Positions 27,499-40,388 of a stretch of DNA of 64,000 nucleotides are shown piece by piece. Position numbers and translations under genes: made by a program. The notes beneath the pieces were generated by a model that was given only the letters and a program-made list of their open reading frames with translations, was not told where the DNA came from and ran no database searches. Source of the DNA: the human T2T-CHM13v2.0 reference genome, Homo sapiens; NCBI RefSeq assembly GCF_009914755.1, contig NC_060946.1, one strand, 5' to 3'. Numbering within the stretch: position 1 is the stretch's first letter; every line of letters starts with the position of its first letter.

Positions 27499-30400
27499 TT
27501 CTCCCCATTGGTGCTTTTTATAACAGAGGTGTTAATAGAAAGCACCATTATTTGCCAAGTCTTCATGGAGGTGAGCTTTTTCTTCTTCTGGCGGTGGCTG
27601 ATATCTGGTTAGTGCATCAACTGTACAGTAGTGTTTTGGGGTACTATTGCCTCCATAGTTGACTGAATACTCCTAATAAACAGAGACAAAAGGCAAGGGA
27701 GGATAAGGCAGATGCAAAGAATAAGCAAGAACCTACTAATGAGGGTTTAGAATTTTTCAAATGCTGAGAACCATCCTCCAAACAAGGAATCCGGGGACTA
27801 CCTGGATCAAGTCTGAAGTGGAACCTGGGCCAACTTGTGCATTCTAGCTGTAATTTTTATGACCAGTAATATTGATTTCTTGGCTATTGATTTCTAGGCA
27901 ACAGTTGGTTAAATTAAATTTTCTACATATTCCTCCTTCTGAGGATAAGAGATAATTTAAAGCCAGCCTATTTTGATATATAGCATTTCCTTTTTGTGTT
28001 GCTTGTATTGCCAATAAATCTAGTGCCCTCGATATTTCATTGGTTATGATTTGAAGGACTGCCTGCAACTTCATGATGCGGCTGAGGATACAGATTATGG
28101 TGCAGTACCCTCATGACCTGTCTTGCACCTAGGTAGCTGGCCCATAGCATGTCATGATTCTTTCAGGAGGTCATTTATTACCTTTTTAGTCTCCTGTGTC
28201 CACATCTTTTTTGATATTTTTGTTACTTTTGTGATTATGCTTTTTCTAGTTCTTCTTTTATTTTTATTATAAACTGGATATTCTAAGAATTTCCCTTGCT
28301 TTAGAGGAATTAGAAAGAAGGATGGCTTGATTGCTTTTAACAGACACGCCCCTGCCCATTTTGCTGGCAGTTGCCAATATGCCCATGCTCCACAGATCCA
28401 ATATAGGCCAGAGGGTGCCTTTCAAGCATTTGAGTCATCTACCTGATGCCAAGTGCAGCTTAGAGTAAGGAATCCAGAGAAAGTGTTTGGATCTGGTAAG
28501 TAGGAGTCATTCTGGGCATTTCTTCATAGAGTTTTGTTTTTAGTCTCGTAATAATACTGTTGCCCTAGGCAGGTTGTTTTTCCTACTGCCTCTGTGAAAG
28601 CCTTTCCCCATCGAGTGATACAGTACTTTCCAGTTATGGAGATTTCTAACAATCAAACACTGGCTGAGGCTGTTGGTTCACTGGCAGGGTTAAGCAGAGT
28701 GAAGTTATCTTGTGGCATTAATTCCTTTGCCTCCCATTGCCACTCATTCTCCATATTAGTTTCTCTACATACATAGCATGAAGAAATTTTTAAGCTGTCA
28801 TCTGTGTCTTCAGCTAGTTGAGCAAATAAGTTTTTGGTTGATGGGGGAACCTCGGTCACTGGCTGATCAAAATGTTTACAGAATGACTTGGTATTGAGGG
28901 GTTGGATGCATTTGAGTCCTTATAGTATTTTTGACAATTAGTAGTGGAACTCCAAGACCTGCTCCTTGTCTATCAACTCGTAATAGTGCTGTCTGTCCTG
29001 TAGACCAAAAAGGTAGCTCTGGCTTTAAGATAGTAAAATTTAAAGGATCGCATGTCCTTGTCTTACAATCTGGTTTTTAGGATTATGAACATACGTGGCA
29101 TGGCAGTCATCAAAGAAGAAATAGGCCCTTTTTAGAAGGGTGGGATTTCTTTGGTTTGAGCTATAAGCTTTCCTTCTGTTTCTCCCTCTGATTTAATATG
29201 TACCTCAAAATAGAATTAATAGGGTAAGAGCCCAGGCTCATAACATACATATAGCTGATTATTTCCTCAGTCACAGACTGAATAGGTGGTCTGGTTGTAT
29301 GTGCATATTCCTAATTTGCTTCCTGTACATTCATAGTAGGTATGGTACAGTAGAGTTTTAACTGTGGTATTTTTTATCCAGGTAATGTGTACACAGCGTG
29401 GACATCCTTCAAGAGATTTGTCCCCTTTCAGTATAAGCATAAATGGTAACAACATTGTTGTATGTAATAGAAACATGCTTACACTACACATGGGCACAAA
29501 AACTTTCCTCTGGGCATAGACATTTGCAGCATTTGCAGTAATAACATAACAACGGAACAATCAGTATTGACAGAATTGTAACTATGGTTATAAATTGTAT
29601 TCACATTTACTTATCTGGACATGGTCCTCTTAGCTTCGGCTGTGTGTACACTAGTCAGCTTCCGGGATGTGACTAGAGCAGAGTTTGAAGAATCCTTAAG
29701 CTTCAGCCATGCTTAGACTGACCAGCCTCCAGTGTGGTCAGAGCAGGGCGGTTGTCCTTTTTACCGGTGGCTGAGATTTGCCATAGGGCTATTCGAGTGG
29801 GGCAATCTGGGTCTTGTTGGCTAATCCACAGGTTGTCATCAGGACTCGCTACTGTCACTGGTTTTAGATGGCTATGGTGAATCCAAGGTGTGGCACCTGC
29901 AACTTTAACAGCAGTGGGAGTAGACATGATTACAATATGGCGCCTATCGTATACGGGTCCTAGAGTGGTTGAATTCCATTTTTTACCTAAACGAAGTCCC
30001 TAGGTTTGAAAGGGTGTACTGGGTCTGTTAGACTTATAGGCATTTTTTTACATACTTAACCATGCATTTTAGTATAGCCATACTTAAAGCCTGCATTTGC
30101 CTTCTTAAAGTTAGTTTTCCCAATTTACAGAGATTACCCTGAATCTGATTTTTCTGGGGGGTGGGCAGCTGAACAAAATCTCAGAGGGCGAATACTCAGT
30201 TTTTTGGTGGGGGTGCACCTGACTCATAAGAGGACCATGGGCAAGACCTGATATTACTTCAGATGAGTTTTTCGACAAAATTTCTTCAACAGCTGCTTGA
30301 GTGTCCAGTTTATGCTCTCCACTTTACCTGAGATCTGCTACCTGTAGGCTGTATGTTATTTCCATTTTATTTTTAATAGTCGAGTTAAGTCCTGAACTAT

Positions 30401-33400
30401 TTTAGCCACAAATGTTGGTCCATTCTCTGATCTTAGAGTTAGAGGCAGCCGAAATCTGGAAACAATGTCTCTTAACGCCTTGGTCACGTCTAGTGCCCTC
30501 TCTGTCCTGGTGGTAAAGGCCTTGAGCTATCCTGAAAAGGTGCAAATGAACACCAATATGTACTGATAGCCCCCGTCTCAGGGTCATTCAGTGAAGTCCA
30601 TAAGCAGATTTTCACAGGGCATGGCTCCTTTTTCCTGAACTCCCATGGGCCGAGTAGGATCTTGTCGTGGATTGTTCCGAGTGTAAGTTAAACACAGTTT
30701 ACAAATGGCCCGAGTAATAGCAATGAGCCATGGCAGATAAAAATGATGCCTTAATAGTGTCTTTATTTTTTTTTTTAATCTGAGTTCGGTGGTGGAATTG
30801 TTTTACAAATCTGGGGGTCACCATTTCAGGTATGGCTAGCCTCCCATTGAAGAATTTGTATTATCCTCTTTCAATGTAGTTCTTATTTTCCTGGGGAAGC
30901 CAAGCTCTGTTATTTGGAGTGAAGATTGGGATCTCCAGGAGGGGAATCTCCGGGAGGAGAGGCATAGCTAAGGCGTCTTCTTTAGGTGGAGTTGTCATTG
31001 CAGCCTTCTTTGCCTCTTTGCCTTCGTATCTTTTTTAGCCCTTAGTGTTCTTGCTTTTTGCTGCCTCTTGCAGGACTTCACTACCGTCACTTTTGGGGCC
31101 CATACAGCGTTTAAGAGCTGTAGGATGTCTTCCTTGTACTTTATTTCTTTGTTTCCAGCAGTTAAAAGTCTTCTTTTTTTCTTTGTAAATAACCTTATGA
31201 ACATGCAAAGTGGCAGAAGCATATTTGGAACCTGTATAAATATTGGTCTTTTGGTCTTTTGCTAGCCAGAGAACTCTTGTCAGAGCTCTTAGTTCTGCTT
31301 TCTAATCATGTTTCTGTAGATGAAGACTGCACCTCTACTGTTGAGTCTAAAGTCACCACTGCATACACAGCTTGGCGGGCTCCTTTTAGTATGAAACTGC
31401 TTCCATCAGTAGAATATTCAATGTTTGGGTCCCTGAGGGACTGATCTGTCAAATCTCTCTGGCTTGAGAACACTTCATCTACCACGTCCACACCACAATG
31501 AAACGGTCCTCCTGGCACTGACTCGATGAGAGTAAGGTAGCCGGATTTAGGGTATTCACAGTCTCTAAAGTTAGTTTACTAGCTTCCTGCACCAGTACGG
31601 CAGTGGCTGCTAGTGCTTTAAGACAAGGAGGCCATCCAAGTGCAAAAGAATCTAATTGCCTGGATAAATATGCCACCAGGCGATGCCATGACCTTATGGC
31701 TTGAGTCAGAACCCCTATGGCCTCCCTTTCACTTGTGCACATACAAGAAGAAAAGCTTGATTAGTTAGATCTGGCAGTCCTAAAGCTGGGGCCTGAGTCA
31801 AGGCTTCTTTGATTTCTTTAAAATCCTTCTCCTCTTTGGCCTCCTAGAGGAGGGGCTCCTTTTTTCCTCCTCTTAGTGGCTTGGTATGATGGCTTGACCA
31901 TGAGCAAGAAATTTGGGTTGTAAACGCGGCAGAACCTTGCTGCTCTTAGAAACTCTCTTACTTGACACCGGGTGGTTGGAGTAGAAAGTGCACAAACAGC
32001 CTGCTTTTTTTCAGGACTAAGCCATCTTTCCTCTTGGCTTATATAAAAGCTTAAATATTAGACACTTTTAGAGGAGATTTGAGCTTTTTTCTGACACTTT
32101 TTATTCTGCCTTCTACAGCAGGTGCAGTGGTTCTTGCGTTTCTTCTGCGTGTAGTAGCCCTTGGCTGGTGTGTGTGTGTGATTTTTTGGTTCTGTTTTTT
32201 TGGGTTTTTTTGGTTTGTTTTTTGTTTCTTTTACTATTGCCCTGATCATTTTCATTATTTCTTTGACATTTATGCTTCCAGTGTCTTTCCTTTTGCACCA
32301 TGCACATTAATCTCTCTCTAGCCTCGGCTGGCCTTCACACTCCTGTCCAGACTAGCCTTTTTCATGACTACGTTCACGCCCGCGTCCATGCCTCCTTGTA
32401 AAGCCAGCTCCTCTTCCCGGAAGGGCTGCTGCTAGTAAGTTAGCCTTTCTTAAGCCTGTGATCAGCCTTTTCCTTTGCCTCCTCATCTCGGTTAATTAAC
32501 ACCTTGGTTGTCACTTTAATAAGCTGAGTAGCATTCACGCCTACGGAGCTTGTAACTTCTGCAATTTATGCCTGATATCTCCTTGGGTCTGCCTTACAAG
32601 TGCTGGATTCACCCTGCACTTATTTTTGAGTAGCCTCAGGGTTAAACGGAGTGTACAATAAAAATGCCTCACAAAGTCTTTCATAGAACTTGCTGTGCTT
32701 TTATCTGCACCCTGAAGCATGTCTGAGATTTTTTAAAATATTGATTGCCTTTTTCTTTTACCATCCTTTAGCCTTTGCAGATGGGCTTCTCGGCACCTTT
32801 GCAGGTGCTGAATCTGGACTGCATCATCTGGGTCTTAGTGGGGGTCCTCCTGTCCTCTTAAGAGGCATGAGCATATCTTATGCACGACCAGACCTGAGAC
32901 GGCCTGCCTGATTTTCGCTCTCATTTCACCTTCTCGGGTGAGACTGGCAGCATGTATCCATTTGAACTTAACTCCTTAGGGACAGTTACCTTGGTAAAGG
33001 GGGTAGATTGGAATGTAAGGAGGAGCGGTCTCTATTCTTTTCTGTGGTTGTGACAAAACCGGTTTTTCTGCCTTTTCTGAGATTTTTTCATTTGTCTTCA
33101 GCTGCTGGGGCAGCTGATTTTACTTTCACTTTTGGCTGGGAGGTGCTACAAGCCTCTGTGTCTCCTTTTAACTCTGTAGCTGCCAGAGCAGCTGATTTTC
33201 TCTTGCCGTGAGCTGCGAGCATTCTACAGTAAACTGCTAGGCAGGGCTGCATTCATTTAGCCATGAGTCAATATAAAGACTAGGTCTGAATGTCCTGGCT
33301 GTTCTCTGACCCTAGTCACCACCTTAAAACACACGGCCAATTTTTCTATAGTGCCTTTGGCAAGCCATCTGACACTAAAACAGGGCTATTCTAATTCACA

Positions 33401-33771
33401 GTATGTCCTTAACTTTTGAACACTCAGTTTCATCCTATAATCACCTCTAACTCTTTTTTTAAAATTCTTTATTATGCTTTTCAAAGGAGCCACTTTTGAT
33501 GTTTTCACTCTCATTTCCTCTCTTGCAGTTCACTTTCACTCTGACTTTCACTCTTGAGTCCACCAGACCTGGTCCTATTGCGGGAGTTTCAGATGCTGCT
33601 TAGCCAGGACCATGCCTTCCCCTGTCGCAGACTGCTGCAGCTGTAAAGCTGGTACTATCAGCCATATGAAGCATCTTAGGTCTGATTTTCCCCACATTCG
33701 CCTCAGAGCACACAGCCACCACTAAGGGATCTGTGCCTCCCCATGTCGCTGCCCACATTGGCCTCTCCCAA
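27499..33771 (-). mobile_element. HERV15-type internal region (gag-pol-env, all disrupted)
   Basis: Env TM 27844-28074 ([12 protein letters not shown]...C-x6-CC); SU CYVC 28653-28859; integrase C-terminus 29703-29927 (PTAVKVAGATPWIHHSHLK); RNase H 31306-31518 (TDGSSF); RT connection 31479-31742; degenerate Gag zinc knuckle ~32260-32310. Confidence 0.9.
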
Positions 33772-34213
33772 TGTAACAGGAAGAGCGGCAGACAAAACCC
33801 CTTGGACACTGAGTTAAAGAAAGAAGGTGTTTATTCACCTGGGAGCTTCAGCAAGACTTCTTTCCCAAGAGCTGAACCCTCCGAGTGAGCAATTCCTGTC
33901 CCTTTTAAGGGCTCACAACTCTAAGGGGGTCCGCATGAGAGGGTCACGATCTATTGAGCAAGCAGTGGGTATGTGACTGGGGGCTGCATACACTGGTAAT
34001 TAGAAAGGTACTGAACAGGACAGGGATCTTCACAGTGCATTTTTTATACAAATAACCGATTAGGTCAGGGGTTGACCTTTAACTACCAGGCCCAGGGTGT
34101 GGCGCTGGGCTGTCTGCTTGTGGATTTCATTTCTGCCTTCTAGTTTTTACTTCTTCTTTCTTTGGAGGCAGAAATTGGGTATAAGACAATATGAGGGTTG
34201 GTCTCCTCCCTTA
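33772..34213 (-). mobile_element. LTR2-family (HERV-E/Harlequin) 3' LTR
   Basis: Minus strand starts TAAGGGAGGAGACCAACCCTCATATTGTCTTATACCCAATTTCTGCCTCCAAAGAAAG and ends CCTGTTACA. Confidence 0.9.
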
Positions 34214-34598
34214 TTTTCCCCCTTTGAGACTCTCACTCATTTTATTAGTGGGAGTTCTCACCTTCTTCCTCACTACCTATGTCTTCCTCTATCACAGATT
34301 GATAGTGATTCATGTAGTACACTCGTGCTGAAGCGTTCTGGTGAACTAGAGTTGCCATGAAAACTTTTACCACTTGAATGAGTACAGCTAGTAAGCAAGA
34401 GATCAGTAAGCAGGTTCCTATTACTACTATAGTTTCCATTATAAGAGTTTTAAATCCTTCTAGTGCCGGGAACCATTTTCAAACATGGCCTCAGTGTCAA
34501 ATCGGTGCCACACCTGTACTGGCACATGTGCCAGTTTCATCATGTCTTTAACTATATCTTCGACTACTTGCCCCTGATCATCTATGTGCAGACAGCAA
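34214..34598 (-). pseudogene. HERV-E/Harlequin-type env C-terminal remnant with polypurine tract
   Basis: CCLHIDDQGQVVEDIV...LAHVPVQVW, a TM segment and cytoplasmic tail (34245-34439); AAAGGGGGAAAA tract next to the LTR. Confidence 0.85.
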
Positions 34599-34924
34599 GT
34601 GGGCCTAATTACAGTCACTAAATTGGGCCTAATTACAGTCATAATCAATTTACTAAAATAACTAGACAGCAAGACAGGTTTCCAAACATTGGCAAATGTT
34701 TCAGGGAGAAAAAAATGCCCCACTAGAGAAGCATGGTTGTATCTCTGTGTGTACATACACACGGGGCCAGGCAGTTCTATGCATGATAGTCTGGGACTGT
34801 AAAAGTGACTATGCAAACCTTTACATTCTGTCACAGAACTTACAATTTAAAGTGAGCATCTTTTTCTGTGACTTAGAAATTGACTTTTTTTTTTTAGTTG
34901 GGAGCCACTTTTAGCAATTTTCCC

Positions 34925-35185
34925 TTTGTTGATACATAATAATAGTATATATTTGTGGTGCATGAGTGATATTTTGATACATGCATGCAATGTACAGTGA
35001 TGAAATCAGGGTAATTAGAATATCCATCACCTCAAACATGGATATTATTTTCTTTGTGTTTGAAAAATTTCCTTTGTGTTGGGAGAATTTAAAGCCATCT
35101 CTTCTATCTATTTTAAAATATATTAAAAATTAGTGCTAACTGTAGTTATCCTACTGTGCTGTCAGACACTAGAAATTATTCCTCC
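34925..35185 (-). mobile_element. L1MA 3' end fragment
   Basis: tattttgatacatgcatgcaatg...aatcagggtaattagaatatccatcacctcaaaca. Confidence 0.8.
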
Positions 35186-35424
35186 TATGATAAAAAGTTT
35201 AGGCTGTATCCCATGGGTAGTAGGACACCACATGACTGAGTGGTCATCTGGGAAATTATCTGGATGACTTTGGAACATTCCTGGTTGAGCCAGGTGGCTG
35301 TTGCAACAAACTGTGGGGAAGCCCCTCCCCTAATGCCCCCTAAGCCAGCTGTCACTACATGACAGGAAACCTCCAAACCTGAGGGCCCCAGGAAACAATG
35401 ACAGTCCCCACTCACATGCAACTT

Positions 35425-35745
35425 GTGCTGTGCTCAGTGCCCTCCACATTGAGCCTGATCTAGCTTTACCCGAGGGCTGTGAGGTGGGACAATCAGTATC
35501 CCTTTATTTTAAAAGGCTCAGTGAAGTTTTGGGCTTAATATGAGTGAAGTGATCCTAAAAGCTGACTCTGGGATCCCGGCTCCACCACTGACCAGTCCTG
35601 CAGGTGGCGAGAGTTGCCTCTCCTCCCCTCGATTTCATTTTGTCCTCTGTGAAGTGCAGCCGTGCTGATGACTCACATATCAGGGATACATGGGAACTGT
35701 CAATGAACGGAGTGCTCTACACAGTGCCTGGAGCTCAGAATGCAG
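35425..35745. mobile_element. Two MIR fragments (minus, then plus)
   Basis: ctgtgaggtgggac...aggctcagtgaagtt; gatcccggctccaccact...ctctgtgaagtg...cacagtgcctgg. Confidence 0.6.
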
Positions 35746-36914
35746 ATGAGGGAGGAGGGTGAGCCATAATTCTGAGGGAAGTCCCAACATAATTTAGCCC
35801 TTCCATCTAGTAGCCGGGCCCCAGTACAGAGTCCTATGTCAGTGACAGGGCAAACTGAGACCAGCTCAAACACAGCCTCTTCCTCAGCAGCAGGGCCCAA
35901 CTAAGGCACTTGGTGTTTTGGTTCATTTCCTGCAGCTTCAATGTAAAGAATATTGTGAGACATTTGCTGGAACAACTGAAAATCAGAAGAAGAAGAGACA
36001 GCTCTTCTCCATCTCCCTGAGAGCTCTTCCCCAGAATGTGTTTATCCAGAGAGGAGGGGAAATATTTATTTTTCGTAAATAGTAAATGCTAGAGTCGAAT
36101 ATTATATGAAAATCTCATTCTACTACAAAATCGGAGTTGTGGTTGTGGTTCTTTTTATTTCACTTGTGTAAGCTTAAATGAGATACAGACTCTAACATTT
36201 CTCCTTGAATTATGAAATCCTAAAGAGTCGGCAGCATAATGTATGAGGAAGAAGAGAAAAGCAGTCATAGTTTCTGGCTGCCGGATAAGACACCCAGGTC
36301 CATTTTTCTCAGAGCATATGTTCATTTTAATATTAACCCAAGGAAAGAGTGAAGATAGATCATTCGAACTTGCAGAATTAATAATTTGAAGGTATTTTCA
36401 CAAAGCATAGCGACAGTCTTGGAAATATAGATTTCTTTAAAAAGCAGTTGCAGAGATCAGGAGGATGAATACCTTTCTATGATTTTACAAAAAATAAATC
36501 AACTTCTGCTTCACTTGCTGAGGTTTCCTCTAAGCAACTATTAGGACATTGTTGTTTTTTCTTCCAACTCTGGAGTTGCATCAGGTCTATGTGGAAAAAA
36601 ACATTATAAAATAAAATGACCAAAGTCAAAAGGAGAAGGCCAGGGAAAGTCTATTGACAATGGATGCAGGGCAGAAAGGAAGCTGCATTCTCAATCTTCT
36701 TCTGGTGTCCTGTGATTGAGCCTTTACCTTAGATGTAAATCCTCCCAGAGTTTTGTCTCTTACCTTAGAATTTCTATTCTTTTTTTAAGTTAGTTTCTTA
36801 TCTAGAATGAAAGAATTGTAATGCCACTTTATGGCTACACCTGGGCCTTATTCTGTAAATATTTTTACTACCTATGAGGTAAAATTCCCAGCATTAGGGC
36901 AATTCTTTATCCAA

Positions 36915-37212
36915 TTTTTTCTTTCTGAGACAGAGTCTTGCTGTGTCACCCAGGCTGGAGTACATTGGTACAATCTTGGCTCACTGTGATCTCCACCTCC
37001 TGGGTTCAAGAGATTCTGCTGCCTCAGGCTTCTGTGTAGCTGAGATTACAGGCACCCAGCTTCATGTCCAGCTAATTTTTGTACGTTTAGTATGTTTAGT
37101 AAATTTTGTATTTTTAGTTTCACTATGTTTGTCAGGCTGGTCTTGAACTCCTGACCTCCAATAATCTGCCCGCCTTGGCCTTCCAAAGTGCTGGAATTAC
37201 AGGTGTGAACCA
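36915..37212 (-). mobile_element. Alu (AluJ/Sx-like)
   Basis: Antisense Alu dimer. Confidence 0.9.
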
Positions 37213-38107
37213 ATTCTTTTTGAGGAATAAATTACCTAAAGGTCCTCAAGCCTTTCTGTCAGGCATATCTTGGCCTTTTCTCTCTGACTGGGGTCCGATG
37301 AATCACAGGTGGGCACTATTTTTCTATATTCCCAACCAGTGATAATCCTTGCTCTCTTTATTTCTAATTAAAAGAAATCCAAAATGGAGATAGTTATTTG
37401 AGAGGTCTCTAAAGACAACTAGGAGGACATGAGGAGTTGAATTAATACTCATACACACCCAGGTGGAATTTTACCTGTTCGAACTGGGAAAATTACAGAT
37501 GTCCTAAAAAGGCAACTGCATTTGACTTGGATTGTTTATACCGAGCCTGATCACAAACCTCCTGAAGAGAAAGCTGTGCTGAATTAAGCTGATGATTGCC
37601 TAGATACAGTCTAAGCTGGCAATCAAACATTGTCCATCATAGACTGTGCTAAAATCTTTCACTTGTGTAAACTTGCAGTAAAACTTTATAAGTCCCTCCC
37701 TAACCTCATCTGAATGGAACATGATATAGCTTCTTGCTAAATTTGTGTCTCCCAAATAGCAATTTATAAAAAATCATGATTAAAATGCCTTTTATTTTAT
37801 TTTCCACAGGGTCTGTTTTACTCCCATGTTATAAAATGCTTTTCTCAAGAAAGCATAGAGCCCATTCTCTTCTCTAGAGAGAATCGCAGCCTTGCAAAAG
37901 AGACAACTAAAAATACATACATATAAGTAGCAAGAATTTAAAACTCAAAATATTAAATATGTTACAAAAGTATACAAGCAATAGAATAAATAGGATGAAT
38001 AGCAAAATGGATAAAATCAACTGTGAGTTGAAAGCCTGAAAGTTCAGGTGAAGGTGTTGAAAATGCTTCAGAAAAAACTAAGGAGATAAATATTTATAAA
38101 AATAAAG

Positions 38108-38429
38108 AGCTGGGCTCAGTGGCTCACACTTGAAATTTCAGCTGCTAGGGATGCTGAGGCCAGAGGATCAATTAAGGCCAGAAGTTTGAGACAAGCCTAA
38201 GCAAGACCTTGTCACTGAAAATGTTTTAAAAATTATTTTGACATTATAGCATGTAACTGTGGTCTCAACTACTTAGAAGGCTGAGGCAGGAGGATTACTT
38301 GAACTCAGGAAGTTGAGGTTACAGTGAACTATAATCATGCTACCGTACTCCAGCCTGGAGTGAGGCAAAATCTAGTCACATTAAAATAAAATAAAACAAA
38401 ATAAAATAAAATAAAATAAAATAAAATAT
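38108..38429 (+). mobile_element. AluJ-like with (TAAAA)n tail
   Basis: Diverged Alu dimer with pentamer tail. Confidence 0.85.
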
Positions 38430-39499
38430 AATCTAGTCACGTTAAAATAAAGTACAATTATCAAGGACAAAAATAAAATTGTACAACTTGGCAATAGAAA
38501 AAAAATAGAGCATAGAGCAACTGGGGGAAAGGGGGTTGAAAGTATAATTTCCTTTTTATTTCCTTAGTTGGTCATTACTTAGACTTTTTCACTTAATTAA
38601 AATTTTCTTATACTTTGGTGCCCAGTTAACCCCAGAGCATTTTTAATTAATTGGTTTAGAGTTAGATACTCATATAAGCTTTCCACTGCAAATTACAAGA
38701 GCCAAATTTTAAATAAATGTTGGACCTCTAAATTTTCTATTTGCAATATTTAAGGAAATAAAAATTATAAAAAACACTTTGTAAAACATTTAGTATGTAA
38801 CTGCTGTTTCTAACGTATAATAAATCCAATTATGGCAGAGACTCACTCTGTTGTTGAGAATCTCTCCATTATATGACTGCTGCTTGTGGTGCTTAAACCT
38901 CAGGAAGAAAGAATATATGAATGTCTGAACATTGCTTTAAAAAGACAATGTACATTTAATGTAGAGATATGTGACCAGCTTAGAAAGCTGCACTTTTTCC
39001 ACAGCAGGCAAACCAGAGCCTGGATACCCCAGGGTCACAGCTCATGAGAACATAGGGCTGGACTGTGAGAAAACAAGAAGCAATTAGTGCAGAGGAGTTG
39101 ACAAGACACCAACTGGGCTGAGAAAAAAGAGCTGATAGATTAATTTCCAAATTATACTACAAAACATACAATAAGCAGACCCCATAGCTTTATACATTAA
39201 AACCAAATGATGACAAAGAGTGAGGATTGCATTAAATTAAATTAGGAGCAACTAAAGACTGGTTTATGATCTTGAAACTTTAGTCACTCTCCATAGTTCC
39301 ATCCCATGACCCGGTAATTATTTCCTGCTTTCTGCATGCCTTGGACACTGGTCCATTTCTGGCCCCAAAGTGTTCCTTTTTCTAATAGGAGTACTTACTT
39401 CATCTCTTAATACAATTCCTTTCCTTGCATACTGTGCCCCAAAGAAGAAATATTAAAAACTTTCCTGATGTTTTTCTGCTGCGGGGTTAATGGGCTCAG

Positions 39500-40100
39500 A
39501 GTGATGATAAGAACGGCCAATGAGTGTGTGGAGCCAGATAGTGCTTAAAATATGGACTTCAGTCCAGTGAAGTCTAACAAGATTGGCACCTGAGCACTCT
39601 TCTCTGAGACCTGAGGATGGACTCACTGAACCTGGAGCTACTAACGCAGCTGATACCCACATATATACACCACCTGTGTTCCTAGAAACTGGCCTTCCCA
39701 GCCCATCACAGCAAACACCAACACCAGCATGGAATGCTTGGGAGTCAGAGGTTTTTCTTGTCGTTGCTACTGCCATCATCCATGCCATAACCACTGTCCA
39801 GGGGCTCAAGAAGCTGCCCACCCACCTTGCTCACTGCTGACACCTGAGCAAATCACATGAAGGCCAAATAATTAGTCTTCCTGGACCTGTTAACACTGCT
39901 GCCAGCATAACTGCCTTGAGACCCAAAAGCAGGCATGGTAAGCTCACCACTGCCATCACTGGGATCCAATGACTAAACCTCTGGTGCCCCTATTCCCAGC
40001 AAAACTTTACCACAGCCTCTGCTAAAAACGATACCCTAAGCCGCTGAGAAAGGTACAGACACCACTGATACTCTTTAGAGCCAAAGAAATCATATAAAGA
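39500..40100 (+). mobile_element. L1M (L1MA-type) 5' UTR fragment
   Basis: cccagcaaaactttaccacagcctc...cagacaccactgata...ccaaagaaatcata. Confidence 0.65.
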
Positions 40101-40102
40101 CA

Positions 40103-40388
40103 GGCCGGGTATTGTGGCTCATGCCTGTAATTCCAGCACTTTGGGAGGCCAAGGCCAGTGGCTCGCTTGAGGCTAAGAGTATGATACCAACCTGGGGAAC
40201 ATGGCAAAACCCTGACTCTACTAAAAACACACAAATTTGCTGGGCATAGTGGTAGGCACCTGTAATCCCAGCTACTTGGGAGACTGAGGCACGAGAATCG
40301 CCTGAACTCAGAGGTGGAGCCTACAGTGAGCCGAGATAGTGCCACTACACTCCATCCTGGGCAACAGAGCAAGGTTCTATCTTAAAAT
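40103..40388 (+). mobile_element. Alu (AluJ/S-like)
   Basis: Alu dimer with a short tail. Confidence 0.9.

Noticed and set aside
27011-33771. Identity with the AZFa-flanking HERV15 proviruses
   Set aside because: This copy lacks its 5' LTR15 and carries an LTR2 insertion; nothing in the window ties it to AZFa.
35720-35760. CACAGTG heptamer resembling a recombination signal sequence
   Set aside because: It is part of the MIR tail (cacagtgcctgg) and there is no nonamer at 12- or 23-bp spacing.
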